DNA of 64,000 nucleotides from Bacteroidota bacterium (GTDB lineage Bacteria > Bacteroidota > Bacteroidia > 2-12-FULL-35-15), in the NCBI GenBank assembly GCA_025963715.1, contig JAOQAG010000024.1, forward strand, positions 1,155 through 65,154. The letters are read 5' to 3'. This document shows, in pieces, positions 45,341-55,031 of this stretch. The position numbers and the translations under genes were made by a program. The notes under the pieces are model-generated. The model worked only from the letters and a program-made list of their open reading frames with translations. It did no database searches and was not told where the DNA came from. Position 1 is the stretch's first letter. Every line of letters begins with the position of its first letter.

Positions 45341-48172
45341 ATGAAAATTACTACTCCACGAAGCAAGCTTCTTGCTTTTGTATTTTTATTAGTGTCCGTT
45401 TCATCAGTATTTGCACAGGTAAGTTATAATGCAGCTGCCATTTACAGCATCCGCAAAGTAGCTCCCAACTACGGCGGTAAGCCCATACAAGTGCGCCGCA
45501 CCTGCGATAACGCCGTAAAAGATATTCCATTTACTTCCTGCGGCGACCTCGATACCGTTGCACTCAAAACATTTGTGGTTGCAGCAAATCCTTTAAGCTC
45601 CATCACTGCCGCATCTGCCGCAGCATACAGCCTGCGCAGGTTAAGCTGCAGCTATGCTGGCAATGCTATACAAGTGAGACGCAGCAGCGACAATGCAACA
45701 CAAAACATTGGCTTTAACGCCTGGGGCGATTTGGATACCGCTGCCCTGCGCACCTTTGTAGGAGCCAACAGCGCCTTTGTTACCATCTGGTACGATCAAA
45801 GCGGGAACGCCCGCAATGCCACACAAGCTGTAACCACGCTGCAACCCCGGATCATGAATGCCGGTGTGATAGAGCGGCAGGGCGGAATGCCCGCCATCCG
45901 CTGGCTTGGTATTGGCTACGCATTAGCTACTGCCTCCTTTACAGCTTACGGAAGTGCTGCCTGCTATAACGCGGTGGCAAAAGTAAACGCCAATACTACT
46001 ACCGGTTACAATACCACCGTAAATAAATGTACGGCCAACTTTCCGGCGCCCTTGGATCTTTACAACGCACAGCTGGTAATCGGATCCGGACCCAGCTATA
46101 CTTTTTTTAGCATGTCGCAAACATTTGATGTTACACAAAGCTATGCCATCTGGACCTACCAGGCTTCCTCCGGCGGAAGCGTAAATGCTTATAAAAACAG
46201 CACCAATATATGCACCGGCAGTGTTGTTTATTATGGCGATATCGGAACCCCGCTGGTATTAGGCAGCAGGGCCGATATACTTACCGGGCTGGATGGCTGG
46301 ATGTCGGAAGTGATCACCTTTGCCGTATTACCAAGTGCTACAGAGCGCGCCTTTGTGGAATGGACACAGGGACAATATTACAACCTCAGCGGCGCGCCTG
46401 CATTAGGAACAATCCCTCCGGGCGCACCCAGCGGCTATATTGCCACCTGGTACGATCAAAGCGGAAACTCCGTAAATGCAGTACAGGCTACAATCGCCAA
46501 CCAGCCCAGGATCATCAACGTGGGCGTGATAGAGAAAGACGGAACCAAAACAGCCCTGCACTTTGGCGGTGCATCGCAAAACCTTACCGTTGCCACACCT
46601 GTTACCTCCTACCCTGCTTCCATCAGTGTGTTAGGCAATACCGCAGGCGCATCCACCAACGGTGCATTTGTAAAACTGGGCGCAACCTCCGGAAGCGGCG
46701 GCATTGGCATCGGCATTGGTAACTCTGGCGGAAACTTTGATGCTGCGGGTACATCACTAATCGGCTTAAAGGAATTCCAGGTATGGTGCGCTTCCAGCCC
46801 CAATGTAAATTTTCCTTCCAGCCCGTTTACAGTAACACAGATCCAGCAAACTGCTGTTGCAGGCAGTGGCATGACGGCTTTCCTGAACGGAACAAACGTA
46901 CCTTTGGCTTCGGCAGGCAACGTTACCGATGGCAGCACTCTCAGCGGCAATCTCTTTATTGGCGGGTATAACAACGGCACCAGCCGTTTTCCGGTGATGA
47001 AACAATCGGAAGTGATCGTATACGGAAGCGCGCTTTCCGTTACACGCCGCACTTTACAGGAAACCAACCAGGCAGCGTATTATAGCCTTACCATCAGCAA
47101 TAATAAATACACACCACCGGCTAGCGGCTACCGTTTTTATGTAACCGGTGTGGGCCGCGAAACTGTCAGCGACAGCGTAGCAGCAACCCGCAGCTCTGCC
47201 GGAATGGGCTTTATTGTGGGACAAAGCGGAACCGACTTTTTAAAAGACAACGGCGATTATATTACCGCAGGTATGGATTGCCCGGTACCAAGCAGCTCCA
47301 CCTCCAACCTTCCGGCAACCGTAACTCAGCGCTGGACCAATGATTGGTATATCCATAAAACGGATGTGAGCTCCAACAACGGCACCATCACTATTTATTT
47401 TGATTACAGCGAATACGGCGTATGGGGATTACCGGGCATTGCGGCCAATTATGTATTGCTGGATCGCAGTACACCTTCCGGAACGTTTGCTATTGTGGCC
47501 GGAACAACGCCAAGCGTATCGGGCAACCGGGTTTTGTTTTCGGTAGATGCCGCCAACATTACCACCGACAGGTATTACACTATTGGGACAAAAAACATTG
47601 CATTAAGTCCATTGCCAATAGAGTTGCTGGAGTTTAAAGCAGAAGCCTGCGATAAAGATGTCTGTCTCAACTGGAGCACTGCCACCGAAACCAACAACGA
47701 TTTTTTTACCATAGAAAAAACAGCGAACGGTACTGATTTTGAAACCGTGACCACTGTGGATGGCGCCGGTAACAGCACACAACGCCGCAACTATACTGCA
47801 ATGGATCATGCACCATACGAAGGAAAATCCTATTACCGTTTAAAACAAACGGATTTTAACGGGCATTATACTTACTCCGGTTTGGAAGATGTAGCGTTTA
47901 CCGGAACAACAGATTTTTCGTTTGAAGTATTCCCCAATCCAAATGCAGGTGAAAACATTCAGCTGGCCATTAACACTTCCAAAGGCGAAGAGATCCTGGT
48001 GGTGGTATATGATGCAACAGGCAGGGAATCGTACTCGAAAGTAATTATTACGGATGATAATTCCGACAATGTGTTTGCGATGGATCCTTCCGGAAAATTA
48101 AAACCGGGCATTTACTTTATTACCGCCACTTCCAAACAGGCAATCTACAGCAAGCGGATGATCGTGCAGTAA
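45341..48172 (+). CDS. large secreted repeat protein with T9SS type-A C-terminal sorting domain
   Basis: Signal peptide MKITTPRSKLLAFVFLLVSVSSVFAQ. Internal repeats include YSIRKVAPNYGGKPIQVRR / YSLRRLSCSYAGNAIQVRR and WYDQSGN..NA.QA....QPRI.N.GVIE. C-terminal FEVFPNPNAGENIQL...GIYFITA. Confidence 0.7.
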   Translation: MKITTPRSKLLAFVFLLVSVSSVFAQVSYNAAAIYSIRKVAPNYGGKPIQVRRTCDNAVKDIPFTSCGDLDTVALKTFVVAANPLSSITAASAAAYSLRRLSCSYAGNAIQVRRSSDNATQNIGFNAWGDLDTAALRTFVGANSAFVTIWYDQSGNARNATQAVTTLQPRIMNAGVIERQGGMPAIRWLGIGYALATASFTAYGSAACYNAVAKVNANTTTGYNTTVNKCTANFPAPLDLYNAQLVIGSGPSYTFFSMSQTFDVTQSYAIWTYQASSGGSVNAYKNSTNICTGSVVYYGDIGTPLVLGSRADILTGLDGWMSEVITFAVLPSATERAFVEWTQGQYYNLSGAPALGTIPPGAPSGYIATWYDQSGNSVNAVQATIANQPRIINVGVIEKDGTKTALHFGGASQNLTVATPVTSYPASISVLGNTAGASTNGAFVKLGATSGSGGIGIGIGNSGGNFDAAGTSLIGLKEFQVWCASSPNVNFPSSPFTVTQIQQTAVAGSGMTAFLNGTNVPLASAGNVTDGSTLSGNLFIGGYNNGTSRFPVMKQSEVIVYGSALSVTRRTLQETNQAAYYSLTISNNKYTPPASGYRFYVTGVGRETVSDSVAATRSSAGMGFIVGQSGTDFLKDNGDYITAGMDCPVPSSSTSNLPATVTQRWTNDWYIHKTDVSSNNGTITIYFDYSEYGVWGLPGIAANYVLLDRSTPSGTFAIVAGTTPSVSGNRVLFSVDAANITTDRYYTIGTKNIALSPLPIELLEFKAEACDKDVCLNWSTATETNNDFFTIEKTANGTDFETVTTVDGAGNSTQRRNYTAMDHAPYEGKSYYRLKQTDFNGHYTYSGLEDVAFTGTTDFSFEVFPNPNAGENIQLAINTSKGEEILVVVYDATGRESYSKVIITDDNSDNVFAMDPSGKLKPGIYFITATSKQAIYSKRMIVQ

Positions 48173-48293
48173 AACATAACAGCAATTTTTTTTCATAAAA
48201 ACAATGTTTTTAACGCCTGGATTTTTAACAAAATTCCGGGCAAAAAAAGCACTCTTTCCTAAACAAATAAATCTTAAATTTGGGGTTCAAAAT

Positions 48294-48368
48294 TAACACA
48301 TCTAACATCTAACATCTAACATCTAACATCTAACATCTAACATCTAACATCTAACATCTAACATCTAA
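48294..48368. repeat. heptanucleotide microsatellite (CATCTAA)x~10, ending ~25 bp upstream of the fumC start codon
   Basis: Perfect tandem copies read directly. Confidence 0.9.
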
Positions 48369-48392
48369 TTACTAAATACTCAAGACTAAAAA

Positions 48393-49790
48393 ATGGAATA
48401 CAGAATTGAAACCGACACGATGGGCGAGGTAAAAGTACCTGCTGATAAATACTGGGGAGCACAAACAGAACGCTCACGCAACAACTTTAAAATAGGACCG
48501 GAAGCGTCCATGCCGAAAGAGATCATTTATGCTTTCGGTTACCTGAAAAAAGCGGCCGCAATGGCAAACAATGAATTGGGCGTACTGGATGCAGCAAAAA
48601 AAGATCTGATCGCAAAAGCGTGTGACGAAATTATTGCAGGCAAACTGGATGATCAATTCCCATTGGTGATCTGGCAAACAGGATCGGGAACACAATCCAA
48701 CATGAATGCAAATGAAGTGATCGCCTACCGCGCACACGTAATGAACGGCGGAAAATTAAGCGACGAGAAAAAAGTATTGCACCCGAACGATGATGTAAAT
48801 AAATCACAATCATCCAATGATACCTACCCCACTGCCATGCACATTGCGGCTTACAAACAGGTGGTGGACATTACCATCCCGGGAATGGAAAAATTAAGAG
48901 ATACACTGGTAAAAAAATCAAACGATTTTAAAAGCATCGTAAAAACCGGCCGTACGCATTTTATGGATGCCACACCGCTTACACTGGGGCAGGAATTCAG
49001 CGGTTACGCACAACAGGTTACCAACAGTATCCGCGCCATTAAAAACGCGCTGGAAATGGTAAGCGAGCTGGCACTGGGCGGAACAGCCGTAGGAACCGGA
49101 TTGAATACACCAAAAGGATACGATGTACTGGTTGCTAAAAAAATTGCAGAGCTTACCGGCTTGCCATTTGTAACGGCACCCAATAAATTTGAAGCGCTTG
49201 CTGCGCACGATGCGATGGTGGAATTATCCGGCGCCTTAAAACGCTCGGCAGTGGCCCTGATGAAAGTAGCCAACGATGTGCGCATGTTGAGCTCCGGCCC
49301 ACGCTGCGGGATCGGCGAAATTATTATTCCGGATAACGAACCGGGATCATCCATTATGCCGGGCAAAGTAAACCCTACACAGCCGGAAGCGCTTACCATG
49401 GTATGCGCCCAGGTAATGGGGAATGATGTGGCGGTTTCTATCGGCGGATCAAACGGGCATTTTGAGCTGAACGTGTTCAAGCCATTGATCGCAGCAAACG
49501 TATTGCAATCCGCACGTTTGATCGGTGATGCATGCGTATCGTTCAACGATAATTGCGCAATTGGTATTGAGCCGAACCTTCCGGTATTGAAACAACACCT
49601 CGAAAATTCGCTGATGCTGGTAACTGCATTAAACACACACATCGGTTACGAAAAAGCTGCGAAGATTGCGAAAACGGCACACAAAGGAAATAAAACCCTG
49701 CGTGAAGCGGCAATTGAGCTGGGCTATGTAACCAACGAACAATTTGACGAGTGGGTAAAACCGGAAGATATGACCGGCTCCATGAAATAA
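48393..49790 (+). CDS. fumC: fumarate hydratase, class II
   Basis: [13 protein letters not shown] signature. 465 aa. Confidence 0.95.
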   Translation: MEYRIETDTMGEVKVPADKYWGAQTERSRNNFKIGPEASMPKEIIYAFGYLKKAAAMANNELGVLDAAKKDLIAKACDEIIAGKLDDQFPLVIWQTGSGTQSNMNANEVIAYRAHVMNGGKLSDEKKVLHPNDDVNKSQSSNDTYPTAMHIAAYKQVVDITIPGMEKLRDTLVKKSNDFKSIVKTGRTHFMDATPLTLGQEFSGYAQQVTNSIRAIKNALEMVSELALGGTAVGTGLNTPKGYDVLVAKKIAELTGLPFVTAPNKFEALAAHDAMVELSGALKRSAVALMKVANDVRMLSSGPRCGIGEIIIPDNEPGSSIMPGKVNPTQPEALTMVCAQVMGNDVAVSIGGSNGHFELNVFKPLIAANVLQSARLIGDACVSFNDNCAIGIEPNLPVLKQHLENSLMLVTALNTHIGYEKAAKIAKTAHKGNKTLREAAIELGYVTNEQFDEWVKPEDMTGSMK

Positions 49791-49883
49791 TATATTTTGA
49801 GAACATCATTGAGGGAATAACCGGCGATAAAGCAAATGCGGATGCAATAAACAACCGCTGCTCCCGTTGACTAATAACCTTCA

Positions 49884-50579
49884 ATGATGTTCAAAAATAA
49901 TCATCCCCTCCATTTTTTGAAACGCTACACTTTGAAAAAACTTCTTTACATATTATTTACCATTGCCATGAGTTTAATTGCAATGCAGGCGCATTCACAA
50001 AAGGATACGGTGATTAACGGACAGCATTATACGCTGAACCCGGGAGGAAAACGCAAAGGCCCGCCACTCGACAGTACCTTTGTGATCAACAATAAAAAAA
50101 TGAAATTTTACAATACCTGGCTTACAGCCGGTGCCGGTGTACAACAAAACTTAAGCTATAAAAGAGCGCTGGGCTTTGCTGGCGGCCTGGATCTTAATTT
50201 CCACATTCAACGGCAATATTTTCAGTTAGGAACCCTCATTACCGGCGAGCATTTTGGTTTTTACAACAATTATCAATTTCATGCAGGATACGGAAAACGC
50301 TTTGAGGACAAAGATTTCCACACGGCCGTATTTGTCGGGCTTACTTATTCCAGCGGTTACGGAAAAGTGGATTCCACCCAAACCTACGAACGCCCGTACA
50401 AACAACCCGGCATTTATGTACAGGGCGAACTGGTGAAAAAAATTGCCTACGATGTAGGGATCGGTGTAAGTTTATTCGGCGATTTTAATGCGGAACAATC
50501 CATGATCGGTGCACGTTTGGTTGCGTATTTCTCCGGCGCTTATAAGGGGAAATTCAATGATCAGTATAGAGGAAAATAA
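49884..50579 (+). CDS. secreted hypothetical protein (possible small beta-barrel)
   Basis: Signal peptide ...LFTIAMSLIAMQAHSQ. Aromatic/Gly-rich alternating pattern. No motif recognised. Confidence 0.45.
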   Translation: MMFKNNHPLHFLKRYTLKKLLYILFTIAMSLIAMQAHSQKDTVINGQHYTLNPGGKRKGPPLDSTFVINNKKMKFYNTWLTAGAGVQQNLSYKRALGFAGGLDLNFHIQRQYFQLGTLITGEHFGFYNNYQFHAGYGKRFEDKDFHTAVFVGLTYSSGYGKVDSTQTYERPYKQPGIYVQGELVKKIAYDVGIGVSLFGDFNAEQSMIGARLVAYFSGAYKGKFNDQYRGK

Positions 50580-50733
50580 AGAAGTTAAAAGTTTTAATTC
50601 AAAATTCAAAAGGTGCTGTGCGCAGGCAAAAGTTTTACCGCGAAGACACGAAGAAAAAAAGAAATGTTTTGTTTACACCTGATAAGTTTTGGTCACACGC
50701 TTTGAAAATCTGTTTTTATCCGCTACATCAGCG

Positions 50734-51321
50734 TTATCCGCGTTCCATCCCTTTCAGCACCTCATCCACATTCGGCAGGGTTTTCAAATTGGTTTTTATT
50801 TTATCATACAGCCCTTCAAATGTAGATTGGTGATCCAGCGCTTTTAAAGCATATTCAAACGGGTACAGGGATAAAACCACACCATCCCTGTTGTATTTTA
50901 ATACCATCTTCCGCAAAGGAAATTCCGGCTGATTATCCGTATACAATTTAAAACCAAATTGGTTGATCAGAAAATCGCTGAACGAATACGCTAAAAACAA
51001 TGCCGCCTGCGTTTCTTCAAAATTAAATGCCTTGCAGTACAATTGAAAGCCAATGCCCTCATCAATCACCTGGTCTAAATTAGCAGGATGTGTTGACGGG
51101 CTGCTAACTTTTTTTTCAAACTTATATTCCAGAAAATAACTCTCCACCATTTTCATACAACCCTCTACCAGTGTGGATTCCATTTTATCTTCCGTATATC
51201 TTTTATCAAAATATTCGTTCGTATAAACGCCTTTAAAGTCGGCTTGCTGATCATTCTGTTGTTTTTGTTGCTGATCGTTGTTTTCTTTTTTCGATCCGAA
51301 TAGTTTTTTGAAAAAGCTCAT
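50734..51321 (-). CDS. hypothetical cytoplasmic protein
   Basis: ORF with an N-terminal Q-rich linker. No motif recognised. Confidence 0.45.
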   Translation of the reverse strand: MSFFKKLFGSKKENNDQQQKQQNDQQADFKGVYTNEYFDKRYTEDKMESTLVEGCMKMVESYFLEYKFEKKVSSPSTHPANLDQVIDEGIGFQLYCKAFNFEETQAALFLAYSFSDFLINQFGFKLYTDNQPEFPLRKMVLKYNRDGVVLSLYPFEYALKALDHQSTFEGLYDKIKTNLKTLPNVDEVLKGMERG

Positions 51322-51526
51322 GTCTGTAGTAATTTTTCATTTAAAAAAAAGCGCTCTTCCATTCAGAAAAACGCTTTTCATTTATTTTTATTTCTTTTAT
51401 CCGTTTTAAATCTGCTGCATCCGCATCATCCGCGTTCCATCACTCACAGCCCCGATAGCTATCGGGACGCAGTTTCATTCCTGTTCCTGCCCGAATCGTT
51501 CAGGCGGGCGTTATCGTGTACCCGCA

Positions 51527-52615
51527 CTAAACGAATTTCTCGCCTTTCGAAACCTTCACATCATTCACAAACGTGCGGATCTGTTGCTCATCTTCTTTTT
51601 TGCAGATCAGCAAAATCCCATCCGATTCCACCACAATATAACCTTCCAGTCCCTGCATTACCACCAGCTTATCTTTCGGAACATTCACAATGCAATTTTT
51701 TGAATCATACAGGATCACATTTTTACCCACCACTGCATTTTCCTTATCATCCTGCTTGATGTGATCATAGAGCGAACCCCATGTTCCCAGGTCGCTCCAG
51801 CCGATGATAGAAGAGCGCACATATACATTGTCCGCTTTTTCCATCAGTGCATAATCGATCGAAATGTTTTTGCAGGCCGTGTATGCTTTCGCGATAAATT
51901 CCGTTTCCTGCGGCGTATTGTACACCGCATTTCCTTCACTAAAAATAGCATGCATCTCAGGTGCATGTTTTTCAAATGCATTGATCACGCTTTTTACGCT
52001 CCAGATAAAAATCCCCGAATTCCATAAAAAATCGCCACTCTGCAAAAAGAATTTTGCCATGTCGAGGTCCGGTTTTTCGGTAAACGTTTTTACTTTTTTA
52101 ATGCGTTTGTCCTTTTCCTTTTCATCCGATTCTACAAACTGGATGTAACCGTAACCCGTATCCGGTCGGCTTGGGCGGATGCCCAATGTTACCAAACAAT
52201 CTTCCGAAGCAGCTTTGATATAACACGCTCTGATCGCTTTTACAAACGTATCTTCCTTGGTAATTAAATGGTCGGATGGTGCAATCACCGTAAGCGCATC
52301 CGGGTTGGATTGTGCAATTTTATAACATGCATAAGCAACACATGGTGCCGTATTTTTACGTGCAGGCTCACTTAAAATATTGGCGCTGTTAATTCCTTTT
52401 AATTGTTCTTTCACCAGGTCCACATAGGAATCATTGGTAACAATAAAAATATTTTCTTTGGGACATAAACGTAAAAAGCGATTGTACGTTTGTTGCAACA
52501 ACGTATGCCCTGTTCCTAAAATATCCAGAAATTGTTTTGGATGTGCCGTTCTACTCATCGGCCAAAAGCGGCTTCCAACGCCACCCGCCATTATCACACA
52601 ATAATTATTTTTCAC
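51527..52615 (-). CDS. mannose-1-phosphate guanylyltransferase (GDP-mannose pyrophosphorylase)
   Basis: VIMAGGVGSRFWPMSR...PKQF nucleotidyltransferase N-terminus. 362 aa. No C-terminal isomerase domain. Confidence 0.8.
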   Translation of the reverse strand: MKNNYCVIMAGGVGSRFWPMSRTAHPKQFLDILGTGHTLLQQTYNRFLRLCPKENIFIVTNDSYVDLVKEQLKGINSANILSEPARKNTAPCVAYACYKIAQSNPDALTVIAPSDHLITKEDTFVKAIRACYIKAASEDCLVTLGIRPSRPDTGYGYIQFVESDEKEKDKRIKKVKTFTEKPDLDMAKFFLQSGDFLWNSGIFIWSVKSVINAFEKHAPEMHAIFSEGNAVYNTPQETEFIAKAYTACKNISIDYALMEKADNVYVRSSIIGWSDLGTWGSLYDHIKQDDKENAVVGKNVILYDSKNCIVNVPKDKLVVMQGLEGYIVVESDGILLICKKEDEQQIRTFVNDVKVSKGEKFV

Positions 52616-52650
52616 GTATGGTCAGTCTTCTGATTTATACTATATTTTTT

Positions 52651-52740
52651 CTACGAATAACGAATTTAAACGAATAACGAATACTCACATAGTAGCATGT
52701 ACACAGATTCGTTATTCGTTTAAATTCGTTATTCGTTGTA
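52651..52740. repeat. ~30-bp-arm inverted repeat of family F (cgaataacgaatttaaacgaataacgaata ... tattcgttattcgtttaaattcgttattcg)
   Basis: Read directly. It lies between manC-like and the aminotransferase gene. Confidence 0.8.
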
Positions 52741-54039
52741 CTATTTCAATTTTTTTAATGCATCCCGTAAATTACCAATCACACCATCCACATCCTCTAA
52801 TTTACAGGTCCCAACGGATAAGCGGTACCAGCTTGAATCAGTCGAAGCGCCAAATGCGTAAAACGGAACGATCGCTACTTTTCCTTCATCCAGGATGTAT
52901 TTTGTAACATCGGGTGTAGTTTTCAAAACGGTTCCATCTGCAGTTGTTTGTCCGTGCAGCGAAAACTGAACGGTTAAATAAATAGCCGCTTCCGGAGCGA
53001 TGGCATCCACTTTAAATCCTTCTGCTTTTAAGCTTTGGAAACCTTTGTAAAAACCAACCAAACGATCGTTGATCTTCGATTTGATATCCGTTAAAAACGA
53101 ATCATAACTTGCCAGGTCATCCAGATACACGGCGCTTGCCAGCTGTTCAGCTTTTGGCGCCCATGCACCTACGTGCGTTAAAATAGATTTCATTTTATCG
53201 ATGATCTTTTTCGGGCCCATGCTCCAGCCAACGCGAACGCCGGTTGCAGCAAGCGATTTGGAGATCCCATCTACAAACACTGTATAATTTTTCATTTCCG
53301 GACGTAAGGAAACCGGGTTAAAATGTTCGGTATCGCCATGCGTTAGCGCCCAGTAGATCTGATCGTACATCAGGTACAATTGTTTTTTTCCGGTCGCATT
53401 CCGTTTTACATTTTCTTCCAGGATCATGTCGCAGATCTCTTCCAGGTCTTTTTTACGGAAAGTAGTTCCGGTAGGATTCAAGGGCGAGCACAAGGCGATC
53501 AGATTCGCGGAAGCGATGTGCGGCTTCAGATCCGCAGCCGTAGGCATAAATTTATTTTCCGGAGATGTTTCGATCAGCACTTGTTTTGCATTATTCAAAT
53601 ACGTATAGTGATTGTTATTCCAGGATGGAACCGGGAACACAACGGTATCGCCTTCATCTACCAGTGCCCTGAAAATAGCGTAGATCACAGGACGTGCGCC
53701 ACCGGCAATCACGATCTCATCCACTTTATAATCCAGGTTACCGCGCTCTTTCAATAATTTTGAAACGGCAGCACGCAACTCCGGCATCCCATCGGCAGCC
53801 GGGTAATTGGTCTGGTCGTCCTCATACTCCGCGATGATCGCTTTTTTTAATTCAGCAGGGATCGGAAATACTTTCGGGTTAAAATCACCAATGGTAAGAT
53901 TATATACTTTTTCGCCTTTTTTTATTTTCTCATTTACTTCCGCGGCAAGCTTTATAATTTCGGAACCGATGATATTTTCTGCAAGCTTTGAAACTTTCAA
54001 ATCAATGTTTTTGTCAACTGCGGTGGTACTCATTTTCAA
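52741..54039 (-). CDS. class I/II PLP-dependent aminotransferase
   Basis: DGISKSLAATGVRVGW (PLP-lysine region). 432 aa. Confidence 0.8.
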   Translation of the reverse strand: MKMSTTAVDKNIDLKVSKLAENIIGSEIIKLAAEVNEKIKKGEKVYNLTIGDFNPKVFPIPAELKKAIIAEYEDDQTNYPAADGMPELRAAVSKLLKERGNLDYKVDEIVIAGGARPVIYAIFRALVDEGDTVVFPVPSWNNNHYTYLNNAKQVLIETSPENKFMPTAADLKPHIASANLIALCSPLNPTGTTFRKKDLEEICDMILEENVKRNATGKKQLYLMYDQIYWALTHGDTEHFNPVSLRPEMKNYTVFVDGISKSLAATGVRVGWSMGPKKIIDKMKSILTHVGAWAPKAEQLASAVYLDDLASYDSFLTDIKSKINDRLVGFYKGFQSLKAEGFKVDAIAPEAAIYLTVQFSLHGQTTADGTVLKTTPDVTKYILDEGKVAIVPFYAFGASTDSSWYRLSVGTCKLEDVDGVIGNLRDALKKLK

Positions 54040-54128
54040 AAATTTAAATCGTGAATATTCATTCGTTTTTCTACAAGAACAAATTTAAAAAAAACACAAT
54101 AGCAGGGCAGTAAATAATGGTTAAATAT

Positions 54129-54779
54129 TTAACTAATCAGGGGATTTTCGGCAAATAATGGGCTGGAAACCACCAATACTTCGGTTAACGGGTTAAATAA
54201 GTACATCCGGTTGGTTTTTAGCTCCTTGCATTTAAAGCGTTTCCGCACCTGTTCGCCTTTGATAAAATAGCGGTTCTCGTTGTAGGAAAACGTGCTGCCG
54301 TGTTTTACATCTTCCAGCAAAACAGTGGTTTGGCGCACATCGTAGCGTTTGAGCACGCGCAGCAAATTAATGTCGGAACAGCTGGAAGCCGCAGGATTAT
54401 TCATGTATTTGCGCAATGCCGTGATCACATCCACCGGAAAGATCTCCGGGTCCAGGAACTGGTGCATCAGCATTTTGTAATGCAGCTTCCATTCATCGCC
54501 ATGCGGCTTTACGCGATCCTGGTTCTTGTTCCAGTTGGTTAAATGCGCAATCTCATGCACCAGCGTGATCAGGAACGCATACTTGTTCATATCATAATTG
54601 ATGGTGATCAGGTGGTTCTCGCCTTTTACCGGCGGGCGGTAATCGCCGTATTTGGAAGAGCGGCTTTTTTTTATCTTTAATTTGAAATCAAATTTATAGA
54701 TCCATTCGGAGATCACAGGCACCGCCTTTTCCGGAATGTATTTATGTAATATGGATTGATTTCGCTCTAGTTGTGTCAT
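54129..54779 (-). CDS. SprT-like zinc-metallopeptidase-fold protein
   Basis: HExxH in LITLVHEIAHLTNW. SprT-like spacing. Confidence 0.6.
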   Translation of the reverse strand: MTQLERNQSILHKYIPEKAVPVISEWIYKFDFKLKIKKSRSSKYGDYRPPVKGENHLITINYDMNKYAFLITLVHEIAHLTNWNKNQDRVKPHGDEWKLHYKMLMHQFLDPEIFPVDVITALRKYMNNPAASSCSDINLLRVLKRYDVRQTTVLLEDVKHGSTFSYNENRYFIKGEQVRKRFKCKELKTNRMYLFNPLTEVLVVSSPLFAENPLIS

Positions 54780-54818
54780 TGAAAATTACGTTATACACCT
54801 CAACTCTTTCATTTCGTT

Positions 54819-54907
54819 TGTTTCTCAGCTCCGCTCGAAATGACAGGCATTGTACAAGTTTAAAACCGATCGCAATCATTGTCATTTCGAGCGGAGCCGA
54901 GAAACGT
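54819..54907. repeat. inverted repeat related to family C (gtttctcagctccgctcgaaatgacagg ... cattgtcatttcgagcggagccgagaaacg)
   Basis: A single related arm lies at about 22601-22640. Confidence 0.7.
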
Positions 54908-55031
54908 GCAATTTTTTATTACTGTAATAATCAAACAATTTATAAGAACACAAAAATACGCATGAAACGTATGAAGAAATAGCGATCCGGGAAAATTTTA
55001 TTAATTTTTTAATCTGTGAATCTGTGGCAAC

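Noticed and set aside
46210-46722. 170-aa Arg/Cys-rich ORF
   Set aside because: It lies in the +2 frame within the 954-aa T9SS cargo gene. It is an alternative-frame artefact of GC-rich codons.
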